Positions 1 through 12,591 of a DNA stretch of 52,951 nt are shown here, piece after piece (the stretch's first letter is position 1; each line of letters opens with the position of its first letter). Below the pieces are notes generated by a model, which saw only the letters and a list, made by a program, of their open reading frames with translations, was not told where the DNA came from and did no database searches. The stretch covers positions 1-52,951 of the forward strand of contig NW_021833906.1 of assembly GCF_006345805.1 (NCBI RefSeq), in the 5' to 3' direction. Position numbers and translations under genes: made by a program. The stretch comes from Octopus sinensis (taxonomy: Eukaryota).

Positions 1-54
1 TTGGGAACCTCTGATCTAACCTTACTCAATTCTACTCTGCTGAGTAATGAGTGT

Positions 55-530
55 ATCTTTCACATCCTCACTCCAGTGAGTGAAGTCTCAGTTCTTTTAC
101 CCTCTCCTAGAGGCTCATCACTGGCAGTGAGGCAATCCTCTTGGATTGACAGCATTGGATTGCCTCAAATTCCAATGTTAGTTTGACATTATGAGACAAT
201 CATAATTGGGAACCAAAGTTCAAGCAATGGAAGACAAAAATTCCTCACAGCACTAGAATGGTTTTACAATTACACTTTGTTGCCATAGTAGTGAGATGCA
301 CATGCAATGATGCAACATTATTCATTGATTCCAAGATGCTGCATCGATTCCATCTCTGCAATTGCAGTCTCCTGTGGTCTTGTGTATTCCAATTGCGATC
401 CATTTGAGAGCTGATAAGGAAGCACTTGAGATTCCCCAGCATTAAACTGACGCTGGTTTCTTCAGTTCGTTTGCTCTAATTAAGGACTCACTGTATTCTG
501 CGATAATTTTGTGTTATCATCTGCGGTTCC
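55..530 (-). mobile_element. Degenerate CR1/L2-clade LINE ORF2 (reverse transcriptase C-terminal) fragment
   Basis: Minus-strand manual translation across stops and frameshifts gives ADDNTKLS (FADDTK-like RT motif, ~505-525). It then gives LPLLE..GSQL*LSHNVKLTLEFEAIQCCQSKRIASLPVMSL*ERVKELRLHSLE*GCERY, matching the CR1-type LEY.SQ.W..LEAIQR..TK.I..L..LSY.ERLKEL.L.SLERRRERY region. Confidence 0.75.
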
Positions 531-562
531 TGATTGCTTGTGTGATTGCAAGATACTTTCTG

Positions 563-883
563 GTATGTGTGTATGTGTGTGTGTGTATGTATGTATATTT
601 ATATATATATATGTATGTATTTTGGTATATATATATATATACATACATATATAAATGTACATACATATATATATACATACATACATACATATATTTAAAT
701 ATGCATACATATATATATATATTTATAATATATATGTATATATATATGTGTGAGTGAGTGTGTGTAGATAGATTGATAGATAGATACATACTCTCATAAT
801 ATATACATACACACATACATGTATGCATAGATATATGTGTGTGAGTATGTTTATGTATATATACATATATATATATGTATATA

Positions 884-927
<44 letters not shown>

Positions 928-1200
928 TAAACACACACACACACATAAACACACGCATACACATATACATACATACATACATACAAACATACATATATAA
1001 ATATATATTTATATTCATATATAATTATTAATCTTATAATTATATCTTATGCACAAATATATATGTAAATATTAAATGTGTTGTTGATGATGATGATGAT
1101 GTAAATGTATGTGTGTGTGTATATTTGTGTGTATGTAAAAATATTTCTGTATCTGTGCATATGTGTATATTCACACACGCACGCATAGACACACACTTAT
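563..1200. repeat. Compound (TA)n/(CA)n/(TG)n microsatellite
   Basis: Directly visible dinucleotide runs; these explain the YI/VC/TH ORFs. Confidence 0.95.
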
Positions 1201-1656
1201 CTCATCACCATCATCATCATCATCATCATTGTCCTCAGTCTATATCCAGTTCCCATGCTGCTATGGTTTGGTTGGGTCACAATGATCTGAGTTTATTCTT
1301 ATTTGGAGTTAACCCTCCTAGACAGGATGGAGGGCCATGTCTTACATATACATACTATTTTTGGCATGGTATCTATGGCTGGTTGCTCTTTCTAAGACCA
1401 ACCATTTCACAGTGTGTCTTGGGTACATTTTATCTTAGCACCAACACTCAAGGGGTTGCTGTGTCTTCAGCAAGATGAAAAATAGCCTTCTCAGTCCTGT
1501 AGTGTCACTGTTTCTTCAAAGGTCACCTGATCAATAGTGGAACCCTTTTGTCCCCTAGCACAGTGGTGCTCAACTGAGGTCTGTGTGGCCCTTTGAGATC
1601 CATATAAGATTTTTTGGGGGTTCATACAAGCACAATAGTAAATGGAGTCATCCTTA

Positions 1657-2360
1657 TCATCATCATCATCATTTAACGTCCACTTTCCATGCTAGCATGG
1701 GTTGGACGGTTCGACTGGGGACTGGGAAGCCAGGAGGCTGCACCAGGCTCCAGTTTGATCTGGAAGTGTTTCTACAGCTTGATGCCCTTCCTAATGCCAA
1801 CCACTCCGAGAGTGTAGAGGGTGATTTTTTATGGGCTACACACACAGGAGCCAGAGGGGGCTGGCATCGACCACGATTGGATGGTGCTTCTTATGTGCCA
1901 CCAGCACAGAAGCCAGTCAAGGTGGCGCTAGCATCAACCACATTTGGATGGTGCTTTTTATGTGCCACCAGCACAGAAGCCAGTCAAGGTGGCGCTAGCA
2001 TCAACCACATTTGGATGGTGCTTTTTATGTGCCACCAGCACAGAAGCCAGTCAAGGTGGCGCTAGCATCAACCACATTTGGATGGTGCTTTTTATGTGCC
2101 ACCAGCACAGAAGCCAGTCAAGGTGGCGCTAGCATCAACCACATTTGGATGGTGCTTTTTATGTGCCACCAGCAGGGGGATCACAATTACAATTTTACAT
2201 TTGATTTTGGTTTTGATGTACTTAACTGAATAGGTTTCCTCAAGCAGGGCATGTCACCCTACGATCCAAGGTACTTTTAAATGGGCTGGTTATGTGACAC
2301 TGGTGTGGGTTACAGCTGTGAACTCACTTTATTTGCCTGGGCTTCTCAGTCACAGCATAA
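1657..2360 (-). mobile_element. RTE-type LINE 3' end (ORF C-terminus, long 3'UTR with 67-bp tandem units, (GAT)n tail)
   Basis: Same family as the copies at 5648, 12592, 30174, 32488, 47675, 48056 and 49721 (shared GGTTGGCRTTAGGAAGGGCATCCAGCTGTAGAAAC and CCAACCCATGCTAGCATGGAAA blocks). Minus strand at ~2325-2360 reads YAVTEKPRQIK*, like an RTE ORF end. Confidence 0.7.
1878..2172. repeat. Near-perfect 67-bp tandem repeat (~4.4 copies) inside the RTE-type 3'UTR
   Basis: Unit TTGGATGGTGCTTTTTATGTGCCACCAGCACAGAAGCCAGTCAAGGTGGCGCTAGCATCAACCACAT restarts at 1944, 2011, 2078 and 2145. Confidence 0.95.
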
Positions 2361-2992
2361 AGGGTCCATGAAAAAATCTTACTTTTGATGTAAGTATTGC
2401 AAGAAACAGCTGGGTTTCTTTCTCTGATGTTTTACATACTTCAATTTACACAGGTTAATATGGGGAAAACAAAATAGGAATTTGGAAAGAAGTTTCTACA
2501 AAACTAGTTTTTAAACATTGAATGGCTATGGGATCCACCAGGATGAAATAGTAATTAGAGGGATCCACTGATTAAAAATGGTTGAGAACCCCTGCTTTAG
2601 ATATATGTTTAACCTATACAAGTTAATGTGGGGAAAACAAAATAGGAATTTTGTAAGAAGTTTCTATAAAACCATGTTTTAAACAGCAAATAGCTATGGG
2701 GGTTCACCAGGATAAAATAGTAATTAAAGGGGTCCATTGATTAAAAAAGGGTTGAAAACCACTGCTTTAGTTGTATATTTTGGTATGTATTGCACGAAAC
2801 AGCTGGGTTCTTTCTCTAACATTTTACATTGTTCAACCTGCACAGGTTAATGTGGGGAAAACAAAATACAGATTTTGAAAGAAGTTTCTATCAAACTAGT
2901 TTTTAATCATCGAATGGCTATGGGGGTCCACCAGAATAGAATAGTAATCAAAGGGGTCAGTAGATAAAAAAAGGGGCTGAGAATCACTGGTT
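2360..2992. mobile_element. Three tandem copies of a hAT-like MITE end (~170-240 bp each)
   Basis: The block GGGGAAAACAAAATAGGAATTTTG..AGAAGTTTCTA..AAACTAGTTTTTAA occurs three times. Each copy ends in GGTTGAGAACCCCTG-like sequence (~2594, ~2764, ~2989), the reverse complement of the CAGGGGTTCTCAACC hAT/Charlie-type terminus also seen at 40149. Confidence 0.6.
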
Positions 2993-3249
2993 TAACATGA
3001 AGCTAACCCCACTTCTTTCAGAAATTGTAGTTCTGTGAATTGCACGGTGACCCCTGTGGTGTAGGTGGAGTGGATAAAGCACCCAGTGCACTCTGTAGAG
3101 TAGTTGGGGCTAGGAAGGGCATCCAGCCATAGAAACCCTGGTTCAAAGCAGACACTGGAGCAGGATGCAGTTCTTGGGACACATCCGGATCCTGATAAAC
3201 CATTGAAACCATGCCAACATGGTTTCAATGGTTTATCACAGACGTTAAC

Positions 3250-3432
3250 TGATGATGATGATGATGATGATGATGTTTTTACCTCCCCACCGCCCATGTA
3301 CTACACCTTCTCACACACCCAAATTCACAAACGTACATCCACGTGCGTGCACACACATAAATATGCATACATACACACACATATATGTATATATATGTAT
3401 TTATATAAGAAACCTACTTATTTGCTTATCTA

Positions 3433-3518
<86 letters not shown>

Positions 3519-3635
3519 ACTAGTTGCAGTAGTAGCAGCAGCAGCACCTCTCCCAAGAGTATTAGTGCCACCCACCATCATCATCATCATCACCTGCAGT
3601 ACCACGAGACAACCTCATTCATTAATTCCACCACC

Positions 3636-3667
<32 letters not shown>

Positions 3668-5660
3668 CGATAACAACTCTGTCACCACCAACAATACCAC
3701 CAGCAACATTAACCTTACCACCACCACCACCACCACCATCGCCGCCGTCGCCGCAGCAACCGCCATCTCCGCCACCACCACCATCACCGTCACCACCACC
3801 ACCACCACCACCAACGATAACAACAACAACGATAGCAACAACTCTGTCACCACCAACATCACCAGCAGCATTAACCATACCACCACCACCACCACCACCA
3901 TCACATAACCTCCCCGCCATAACCACCGCCACCATCGGCTGCTACCTCTGTTGTTGATAATATTCCTTGCTTCCATCTCTGACGTTTTTTTTTCTTATTT
4001 TCTGCCTTTTTATTGTTGCTGTTGTTGTTGTTGCTGTAACTTATTTACCAACTTCTTTCTCTCGAAATATGCCACACCTTAACCTTGCCTCTCCATGGTA
4101 TTGGCAGCAGTGGAGGTGGTGGTAGCGGCGGCGGCGGCGGTGGTGGTGGTGATGCTGCTGATGGAGATGGTAGTGATGAATGCTTGGTGAGTGTGTGTGT
4201 GTGGTTGGAACGGTGATGACGGAGGGTGTTAGTTATGGTGAGGGTGGTGATGACGACGATGACTACGATGATGATGATGATGATGATGATGATGGTTATG
4301 CTGATGATTGGTTATGATGTTGATGATGATGGTTATGATGAGGGTTATGATGATGATGCTTATGATGATGATGGTTATGATGATGATGGTTATACTGATG
4401 ATGATGATGATGATTGCTATGATTGTGGTGATGCACAGTTACGGTGGTGGTGATGACGACGATGATGATGGAGGTGGGGTACATCCTCGGCAACCGATGC
4501 AACAGAAAAGAAAGTGCTGCATCCCATCCTCATCCTGAACGCCTGTGATTTACGTAGGATAGGTTTTCCATTTTTTAAAATATTCTTCATTTTTTTTTTA
4601 CATTTACTTCAAACTGAATGGAAAGCTTTACTCATCCTAGCTTCACTCATTATTCATTAATCATTACCCATTACCTGAAATATGTTGTTTTGTTTTGTTT
4701 GTTTTTCTTTCTTCTTTAATTCCTGTTACATCATTCTGCCACTATTCGCCGTGGGCCGAACCTAACTTCTCCCATATCTTAGCAGCATCTTCTCTGCCGT
4801 GTCCTCACCATAGCAACCCATCCTCCCTCACATGAAGAATTCTGCTCTTTGCCGATCCTTTGCTTTGCTGGGAATCAAAGAAGATCTTTGAAATGTGAAA
4901 TGAATGGAAGAATGGCCGTAGGTGTTGATGCCAAAGAAATGTTATCCACCCCCCCCCCCCACCCCCACCCACCACTGAGGGCGAGGACCCTGATCTGTGA
5001 TATAAATAGGCACTTGGCGCTGGATGACTCATGGTGATGGTGGTGGTAGTAGTGGTGGTGATGATGGTGATGATGATGGTGATGATGATGGTGATGATGA
5101 TGGTGATGATGATGGTAGTGATGATGATGGTGATGACGATGATCATGATGATGTTGATGATGGTGATGGTGATGATGATGATATGATAATGGTGGTGGTG
5201 GTGGTGGAGATGATGGTGACAATAACAACGATGGTAATGATAATGATGATGATGGTGATGATGGTGAAGATGGTGATGATGACCATAATTATGTTGCTGA
5301 TTATGATGATGATGATGAGGGTGGTAGTGGCAGTGGCGGTGATGGTGTTTAGGATAATAATGATGGTTGTAGTAGCTGTAATGATGAGGATGATGATGAT
5401 GATGGCAGCAACAATGACGATAATAGTAGTGGTCGGGATGATGGTGGTGGTGGTGCTGGTGGAGGTGGTGGCGGTGGCGGTGATAATGGTGGTTGAGATG
5501 CTGCTGCTGCTGCTGATGATGATGATGACAATGATGACAGCGAGAAGAACAGTGATGGTAATGATGATGATGATGGTGATGACAACAATGACATGAGATT
5601 TTGTTCTCATCGTCACCATCACCATCTTCATCATCTTCATCATCCTCTCATCATCATCAT
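3250..5660. repeat. Mosaic of trinucleotide microsatellites (GAT, CTG, ACC, AAC, GGT) with short unique islands
   Basis: Directly visible; includes an internal duplication of the ACC/AAC block (~3630-3735 vs ~3790-3900). Confidence 0.9.
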
Positions 5661-5980
5661 CATCATTTAACGTCCATTGTCCATGCTGGTATGGGTCGGA
5701 CCATTTGACCAGGTCTGGCACACTAGAAGGCTACAGCAGACTCCAGTCTGATCTGGCATGGTTTTCTACAGCTGGATGCCCTTCCTAATGCCAACCACCC
5801 TGAGAGTGTAATGGGTGCTTTTTTTACATGCCACTGGCACAGGGGCCAGAAGGGGCTGGCATCAACCACTTTTTACGTGCCACCGGCACGGGAGCCAGTC
5901 AAGGCGGCGCTGACATTGGCCATGTTCGGATGGTGCTTTTTATGTACCACCGGCACAGGGTTCACAACTACAATTTCCAT
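5648..5980 (-). mobile_element. RTE-type LINE 3'UTR copy
   Basis: Colinear with 1657-2215; (GAT)n tail on the minus strand. Confidence 0.75.
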
Positions 5981-6364
5981 TGTTTTTAGATTTCCAGACA
6001 CACCCCAAAGGGAGATTTTGTCAGCTGATTGCATGGATAATCGCAGGTCATTGCAGCAGTTTTTTCAGCTCACTGAATTACTCATGTACGACTGAACAAT
6101 TGCTCAATGCACGTACCAGGTAACCAACCTGAAAATGATACATCACTGCAGAACAAGAAGACATTGTGTCGAGTCTGTTTGATGGCAGATCGCAGATAAG
6201 AGAGAAATGCTGGATATTTTGTGGTTAAGAATAGTTTTTTTTTGCAAAAGATATGAAATAAATGCTGTTGGCAACTTTTTCTCTGTGTATCAGTGTATGA
6301 GTGCATGTGTGTGTGTGTATGTGTATGTGTGTGTGCATTAATACATAAATATATACATATATAT

Positions 6365-6409
<45 letters not shown>

Positions 6410-6436
6410 TACATATATATAGATATATATATATAT

Positions 6437-6481
<45 letters not shown>

Positions 6482-6820
6482 ATACACACATATATATATG
6501 TGTGTATGTGTATATGTATATATGTATGCATATATGTATATGTGTGCATATTTCTGTAGCCAGCACATATTTACCTACATATATAATTAAATATTTCTGT
6601 ATTCAGTATATATTTACCTGTGTGTGTGTATTTATATATATGTTTTTGTAACCAATGCATGCTTATGTAAAAGTGTACCTGTAAATATACACCTGTGGTT
6701 TGCTGGTGAAGTAGACCTGTTGTGTAATACAATATCACTTATTACATTACATACCAATATTACACGGTGTGTCATTATCACTTGTCACATCACATGTCAG
6801 TATTACTCTATATGTCAGGG

Positions 6821-7205
6821 TGGAGGTGCAATGGCCCAGTGGTTAGGGCAGCGGACTCGCGGTCGGAGGATCACGGTTTTGATTCCCAGACCGGGTGTTG
6901 TGAGTGTTTATTGAGCGAAAACACCTAAAGCTCCACGAGGCTCCTGCAGGGGGTGGTGGTGATCCCTGCTGTACTCTTCCACCACAACTTTCTCTCACTC
7001 TTACTTCCTGTTTCTGTTGTACCTGTATTTCAAAGGGCCGACCTTGTCACTCTCTGTGTCACGCTGAATATCCCCGAGAACTACGTTAAGGGTGCACGTG
7101 TCTGTGGAGTGCTCAGCCACTTACACGTTAATTTCACGAGCAGGCTGTTCCGTTGATTCGGATCAACTGGAACCCTCGTCGTCGTAACCAACGGAGTGGT
7201 TCCAC
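6821..7205 (+). mobile_element. tRNA-derived SINE (family D), copy 1
   Basis: A-box TGGCCCAGTGG and B-box-like GGTTTTGATTCCC; flanked by the direct repeat ATATGTCAGGG (6810-6820, 7206-7216). Confidence 0.85.
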
Positions 7206-7216
7206 ATATGTCAGGG

Positions 7217-7599
7217 TGGAGGTGCAATGGCCCAGTGGTTAGGGCAGTAGAATCGCAGTTGTAGGATCAGGGTTTTGATTCCCAGATCAGGCGTTGTGAG
7301 TGTTTATTCAGCGAAAACACCTAAAGCTCAATGAGGCTCCAGCAGATGGGCAGTGGGGAACCCTGCTGTACTCTTTCACCACAACTTTCTCTCACAGTTT
7401 CTTCCCGATTCTGTTGTACCTGTATTTCAAAGGGCCAGCCTTGTTCTACTCTGTGTCATGCTGAATGTCCCCAAGAACTACATTAAGGGTACACGTGACT
7501 GTGGAGTGCTCAGCCACTTATACGTTAATTTCACAAGCAGGCTGTTCCGTTGATCGGATCAACTGGAACCCGTGTCGTCATAACCAATGGAATGCCATG
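7217..7599 (+). mobile_element. tRNA-derived SINE (family D), copy 2, in tandem
   Basis: Colinear but diverged copy of 6821-7205; followed by a third ATATGTCAGGG at 7600-7610. Confidence 0.85.
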
Positions 7600-7608
7600 A
7601 TATGTCAG

Positions 7609-7822
7609 GGCAGCAAGCTGGCAGAATCATTACTGTGCTGGGCAAAATGCTCAACAGCATTTCATCTGTCTTTACGTTCTGAGTTCAAATTCCGCCAGAG
7701 ATCAACTTTGCTTTTCATCCTTTTGGAGTCGATAAAATAAGTACCAGTTGAACATTGGGGTTGATGTAATCTACTAGTCCCCTCCACCCAAATTGCTGCC
7801 CTTGTGGCAAAATTTGAAACCA
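7609..7822 (+). mobile_element. tRNA-related SINE (family B) with (ATT)n tail
   Basis: Head GGC.G.GAGCTGGCAGAATCGTTAGC, B-box GAGTTCAAATTCC, central GCCTTTCATCCTTTCGGGGTCGATAAAATAAGTACCAG block. Further + copies at ~8115-8325, 8335-8470, 8753-8965, 12995-13150 and 13640-13830. Confidence 0.85.
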
Positions 7823-7836
7823 TTATTATTATTATT

Positions 7837-8070
7837 GAGTGAAAGAGGAGTGCATGCCATCAAAGTGACACTAGGGTAAAATATACGAAGCCCAATATAC
7901 CCATCATGACTACCCGTCTGATAAGGGTACACCAGGTACATGCATCACAACCATATGTGCGCAACATGGTGATCTCATATCAAGATGAACAGCACATGAC
8001 CTTGCAGGTGGGGCCCAGTTAGAATTTTCTTCTGGTCGAGTAACCCATCCCGCTGAAAAGGTCCCTGAAT
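7837..8070 (-). mobile_element. Truncated copy of ~555-bp (ATT)n-associated non-coding element (family E)
   Basis: Colinear with the first ~235 bp (plus-strand reading) of 36298-36852; bounded by (ATT)n on both sides. Confidence 0.85.
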
Positions 8071-8080
8071 ATTGTTATTA

Positions 8081-8114
<34 letters not shown>

Positions 8115-8497
8115 GGCTGGCAGAATTCTTAACATGCCAGACAAAATTCTCAGCAGCATTTCGTCTGGCGATATGTTCTGAGTTCAAATTCTGCCGAGGT
8201 CAGCTTTGCCTTTTGTCCTTTCGAGGCTGATAAAATAAGTACCAGTAAAACACTGAGGTCGATGTAATCTACTGGTCCCCTCCCCGCCAAATTTCAGGCC
8301 TTGTGCCTATAGTAGAAAGGATTATTATTATTACAAATTCTGCTGAGGTTGACTTTGCCTTTCATCCTTTCAGGGTCAATAAACCAAGAACCAGTCAAGT
8401 ACTGGGGTCGATGTAATCGACTATACCCCACCCCTAAATTTTAGGCTTTGTGCTCATAGTAGAAAGGATTATTATTATTATTATTATTATTATTATT

Positions 8498-8690
8498 TTC
8501 CTTCTTTCTACACCTCATTGCATGCATTCCCAGATTACACACGCAAATTCACAGGTAAAATATGTATTTAAAAAAATAATATATAGATAAATTCATGAAT
8601 GGATGTTGTTTTCACAGTGATAATGCTCTTCTCAGTACATGAGCCGTTCCAGTTAACACGATTTTTTGCACTTTCTGTAGAGCAAAAATT
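8498..8690 (-). mobile_element. Short 3' fragment of R4/Dong-type RLE LINE
   Basis: Near-identical to 34520-34690 (QKIVLTGTAHVLRRALSL* plus 3'UTR); embedded in (ATT)n. Confidence 0.8.
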
Positions 8691-8696
8691 ATTATA

Positions 8697-8735
<39 letters not shown>

Positions 8736-9382
8736 ATTATTATTATTATTAAGATGGTGAGCTGGCAGAATCGTTAGCACGCTGGGTGAAATGCTTAGCA
8801 GTGTTTCATCTGTTGCTATGTTCTGAGTTCAAATTTCACCAAGGTCGACTTTGCCTTTCATCCTTTTGGGGGTCGATAAAATAAGTACCTGTTGAACACT
8901 GGGGTCAATGTAACTGACTCTTTGCCTCTCCCCAAATTATTGCCCTTGTGGCAAAATTTGAGATCCTTACTACTCTATATGTTATTTTCTCATTTGTCAC
9001 ACTAAATGTTATTGTTACATAATATATCATTGTCAAATGTCAAAGTATATGTCATTATTAGTCTATGTGTCATTGTTTCTCTTTATGTCATTATCAGCTG
9101 TGACACTACATCAAATTGTTGTTACACTGTGTATCATTGTCAATTGTCACACCATATGTCATTATCATTTTTCTCATCATGTCATTATTTTGTCTTTTGT
9201 CACACTACACATTATCATTGTCAATGTCAAAATGTTACACTATATGCATTCGTTACAATGCATGTCATTGACAAATGTCACACTCCATATCATTATTACT
9301 CTGTGTGTCATTTTGTCAACTGTTGCACTACATGCATTTCTCACTACATGTTTCATTGTCAAATATTTTTCAATATATATTT

Positions 9383-9815
9383 AGGAGTGGCTGTGTAGTA
9401 AGTAGCTTGCAAACCAACCACATGGTTCCGGGTTCAGTCCCACTGCGTGGCATCTTGGGCAAGTGTCTTCTACTATAGCCCCGGGCCGACCAATGCCTTG
9501 TGAGTGGATTTGGTAGACGGAAACTGAAAGAAGCCTGTCGTATATATATATACCGTCCAACCCATGCTAGCATGGAAAGCGGACGTTAAACGATGATGAT
9601 GATGATGATGATGTATGAGTGTGTGTTTGTGTGTCTGTGTTTGTCCCCCTAGCATTGCTTGACAACCGATGCTGGTGTGTTTACGTCCCCGTCACTTAGC
9701 GGTTCGGCAAAAGAAACCGATAGAATAAGTACTGGGCTTACAAAGAATAAGTCCCGGGGTCGATTTGCTCGACTAAAGTCGGTGCTCCAGCATGGCCGTA
9801 GTCAAATGACTGAAA
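9383..9815 (+). mobile_element. tRNA-derived SINE (family A) with internal (TA)/(TG) tract
   Basis: A-box TGGCTGTGTAGT, B-box GGTTCAGTCCC, CORE-like CTTGGGCAAGTGTCTT. The internal microsatellite carries a ~60-bp RTE 3' tip (9553-9612). Confidence 0.85.
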
Positions 9816-10584
9816 AAGTAGAAAAAAAAAATATATATATATTTATATATGTATATATATATATGTATATATATGTATATATATATGAGTGTATGTATAT
9901 ATGTTTATATATATGCATATGTTCTATTTTGTTAACATATATATATATATATATAAACATGCATATGTATGTGTGTGTATATGTATATATATATAAATAC
10001 TTTCATATGTATATATATGTGTGTGTGTGTATATGTATGTATTATTATATACATGCATATGTCTATACATATATATATATATATATATTATATATATAGC
10101 ATACAAATATATATATATATATATATGGTTCAAAATTGTACAAAAAAACAAAAATACAAAAAAAATGACTGAGACAGGTGAGAGAATAAGAGATTTAAGG
10201 TATGTCAGTTTGACACTTTGGTAAAAAGGAGGAAAGAGCGAGAGAGAATTTTGATCCTACGCTTTCTTTTCTGCGGAAAAGGAATGAGGAAAGAAAGAAA
10301 AGATGGAGAGAGGGAAAAAAGAGAAGTGAGAGAGACAGACACGTGCGTGGACGAACAGTTACACATGTTGAATTGAGTGGGAGGAAGGAGGCGGTTGGTG
10401 ACGTGTGTGTGTGTGTGTGTATGTGTGTGTGTATACAAATATACACATACACCCACACACACATATTTATACACATTTTTATCCACATATTTAAAAATTT
10501 TTTTTATGTCATCTAGTTTCAGCTCACGAACTGTGGCCATGCTGGGGCACCGCCATTGTAGACATATTCTTTTATTCTTTCATT

Positions 10585-10836
10585 TGTTTGTCTTTGACTG
10601 TGGCCATGCTGGAGCACCACCTTTAGTTGAACGAATCAATCCGAGGATTTATTCTTTGTAAGCCTAGTACTTATTCTTTCAGTCGCTTTCGTCAAACCAC
10701 TAAGTTACGGGGATGTAAACATACCAACATCGGTTATGAAGTGATGGTGGTGGTGGTGGTGGGGAAAACACAGACACCCAAACATATACATATATATACA
10801 TATATATATTATATATATATATATATATAATATATA

Positions 10837-10887
<51 letters not shown>

Positions 10888-11062
10888 TAATACATATATA
10901 TACATATATACGACGGGCTTCTTTCAGCTTCTGTCTGTCAAATCCACTCACAAGGCTTGAGCTATAGTAGAAGACAGTTGCCCAAGGTGCCACACAGTGG
11001 GATTGAACCCAGAACCATGTGGTTGGTAAGCAAGCTACTTACACACAGCAATTCCTATGCCT
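10585..11062 (-). mobile_element. SINE family A copy
   Basis: Reverse complement of 9383-9815 with an expanded internal (TA)n. Confidence 0.8.
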
Positions 11063-11198
11063 ATCAGTCACACTTTTTGCTGAACCGCTAAGTTACAAGA
11101 ACATAAACCACACCAAGACTGGTTGTTAAGCAGTGGTCAGTGACAAACACAGACTCAAATTACTCACACAACACCACACACAACACACACACACACAC

Positions 11199-11237
<39 letters not shown>

Positions 11238-11242
11238 ATATA

Positions 11243-11313
<71 letters not shown>

Positions 11314-11352
11314 CATGCATTTATGTGGCTAATAAAGAAACATATCTATCTA

Positions 11353-11383
<31 letters not shown>

Positions 11384-11954
11384 GTTAATCTGTGTGTGCA
11401 TTCATGTATATGTAAGTAAAAGTGTGTGTGTGTGTGTGTTTGTGTGTGTGAATGCTTCCATCCCTGTTACTCACATGAAAGCAATGACTTAAAAACGGTG
11501 ATGCTTGTTGACATTCCTTATCAACACATCCATCTCCTCTAACTCTGTACTTTCAAAGACAAGTCAAATATCAGAATTCCTTACTTGAAAATCAAGTAAG
11601 GATTAACAACAAGAAGGGTGTCCATCTGTAAAACAACACCTAAATAAAATGTATCCACCCGACCCATACCGACCATAGAAAAACAGAAGTAAAGCAAACA
11701 AATAGATGAACATATCTAGAATGAGTTATGTGATGTTCTGGAGTGTTTGCTGGCAAGAAGCGCTGATTGTTCTTAAATTTAGCAGGAACCAACAGCACGT
11801 GTTCTTATGAAATTTTATTATCATTTCTGAGAAGCATCCAGCAGATCAAGACGATGTGCACTGGCGCTTAGCATGAAGTTAACGGTAAGTTGAGTCAAAT
11901 CTTTGCTTTGGATAAGATTGAGCTGCCTTATTAGAACTTCTTTCTTTCCTGGTG

Positions 11955-12262
11955 TTTGTTTGTTCCTTCTCGAGCCATTCCTGGCTCATAAGGGCCGGTT
12001 TCCTGGTTTCACTGGCGTATAGGTTCCCCACCTGGACAGGACGCTGATCCGTCGCAGGTAAACTGCAAGATGCAGGAGGAAAGAGCGAGAGAGAAAGTTG
12101 TGGCGAAAGAGTCAGCAGAAGTTCGCCATTACCTTCTGCCGGAGTCACGTGGAGCTTAGGTGTTTTCGCTTATAAACACGCACATTGCCAGGTCTGAGAT
12201 TTGAACCCATGATCCCTCGACCGTGAGTCTCCTGCTCTAACCACTAGGCCATATGCCACCAC
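11955..12262 (-). mobile_element. tRNA-derived SINE: family-D head and body with a different 3' module
   Basis: The 5' ~170 bp align with 6821-6995; the 3' part aligns with 22195-22290. Confidence 0.8.
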
Positions 12263-12591
12263 ATTTTCCTGGTGTTTAGTTATTATTCAGTAAATAAGCA
12301 AATAAATGGTATTTCAAGGTAGAGTCATATTAGCCTTGTCAAATGCACATGCACAGTTGTTGTTTTTCGTTTACTTGTTTCAGTGATTGGACTACAGTCC
12401 TGGGGAGGCACAGCCTTCAAGGGTTTAAGGTGAAAAAATTGACCCCTGTTATTATTTTTTTAAGTTTCGTATTTACTCTGTTGATGTCTTTTGCCAAACC
12501 GCTAAGTTAGATACTCCAATATGTTTTACTAGGTTAGAAGGCAAGTAAACGAACCAATGCCAGTTGTTAAATATTATAATTATTATTGTTG

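Noticed and set aside
1878-2172. CRISPR-like regular array
   Set aside because: The units are identical head-to-tail with no unique spacers; the context is a eukaryotic retroelement 3'UTR with no cas genes.
4415-4535. Short minus-strand ORF MRMGCSTFFSVASVAEDVPHL..
   Set aside because: Under 40 codons, runs into a microsatellite, and has no supporting exon structure.
10235-10280. Hammerhead-like remnant on the minus strand
   Set aside because: The core and GAAA are both too degraded to support a call.
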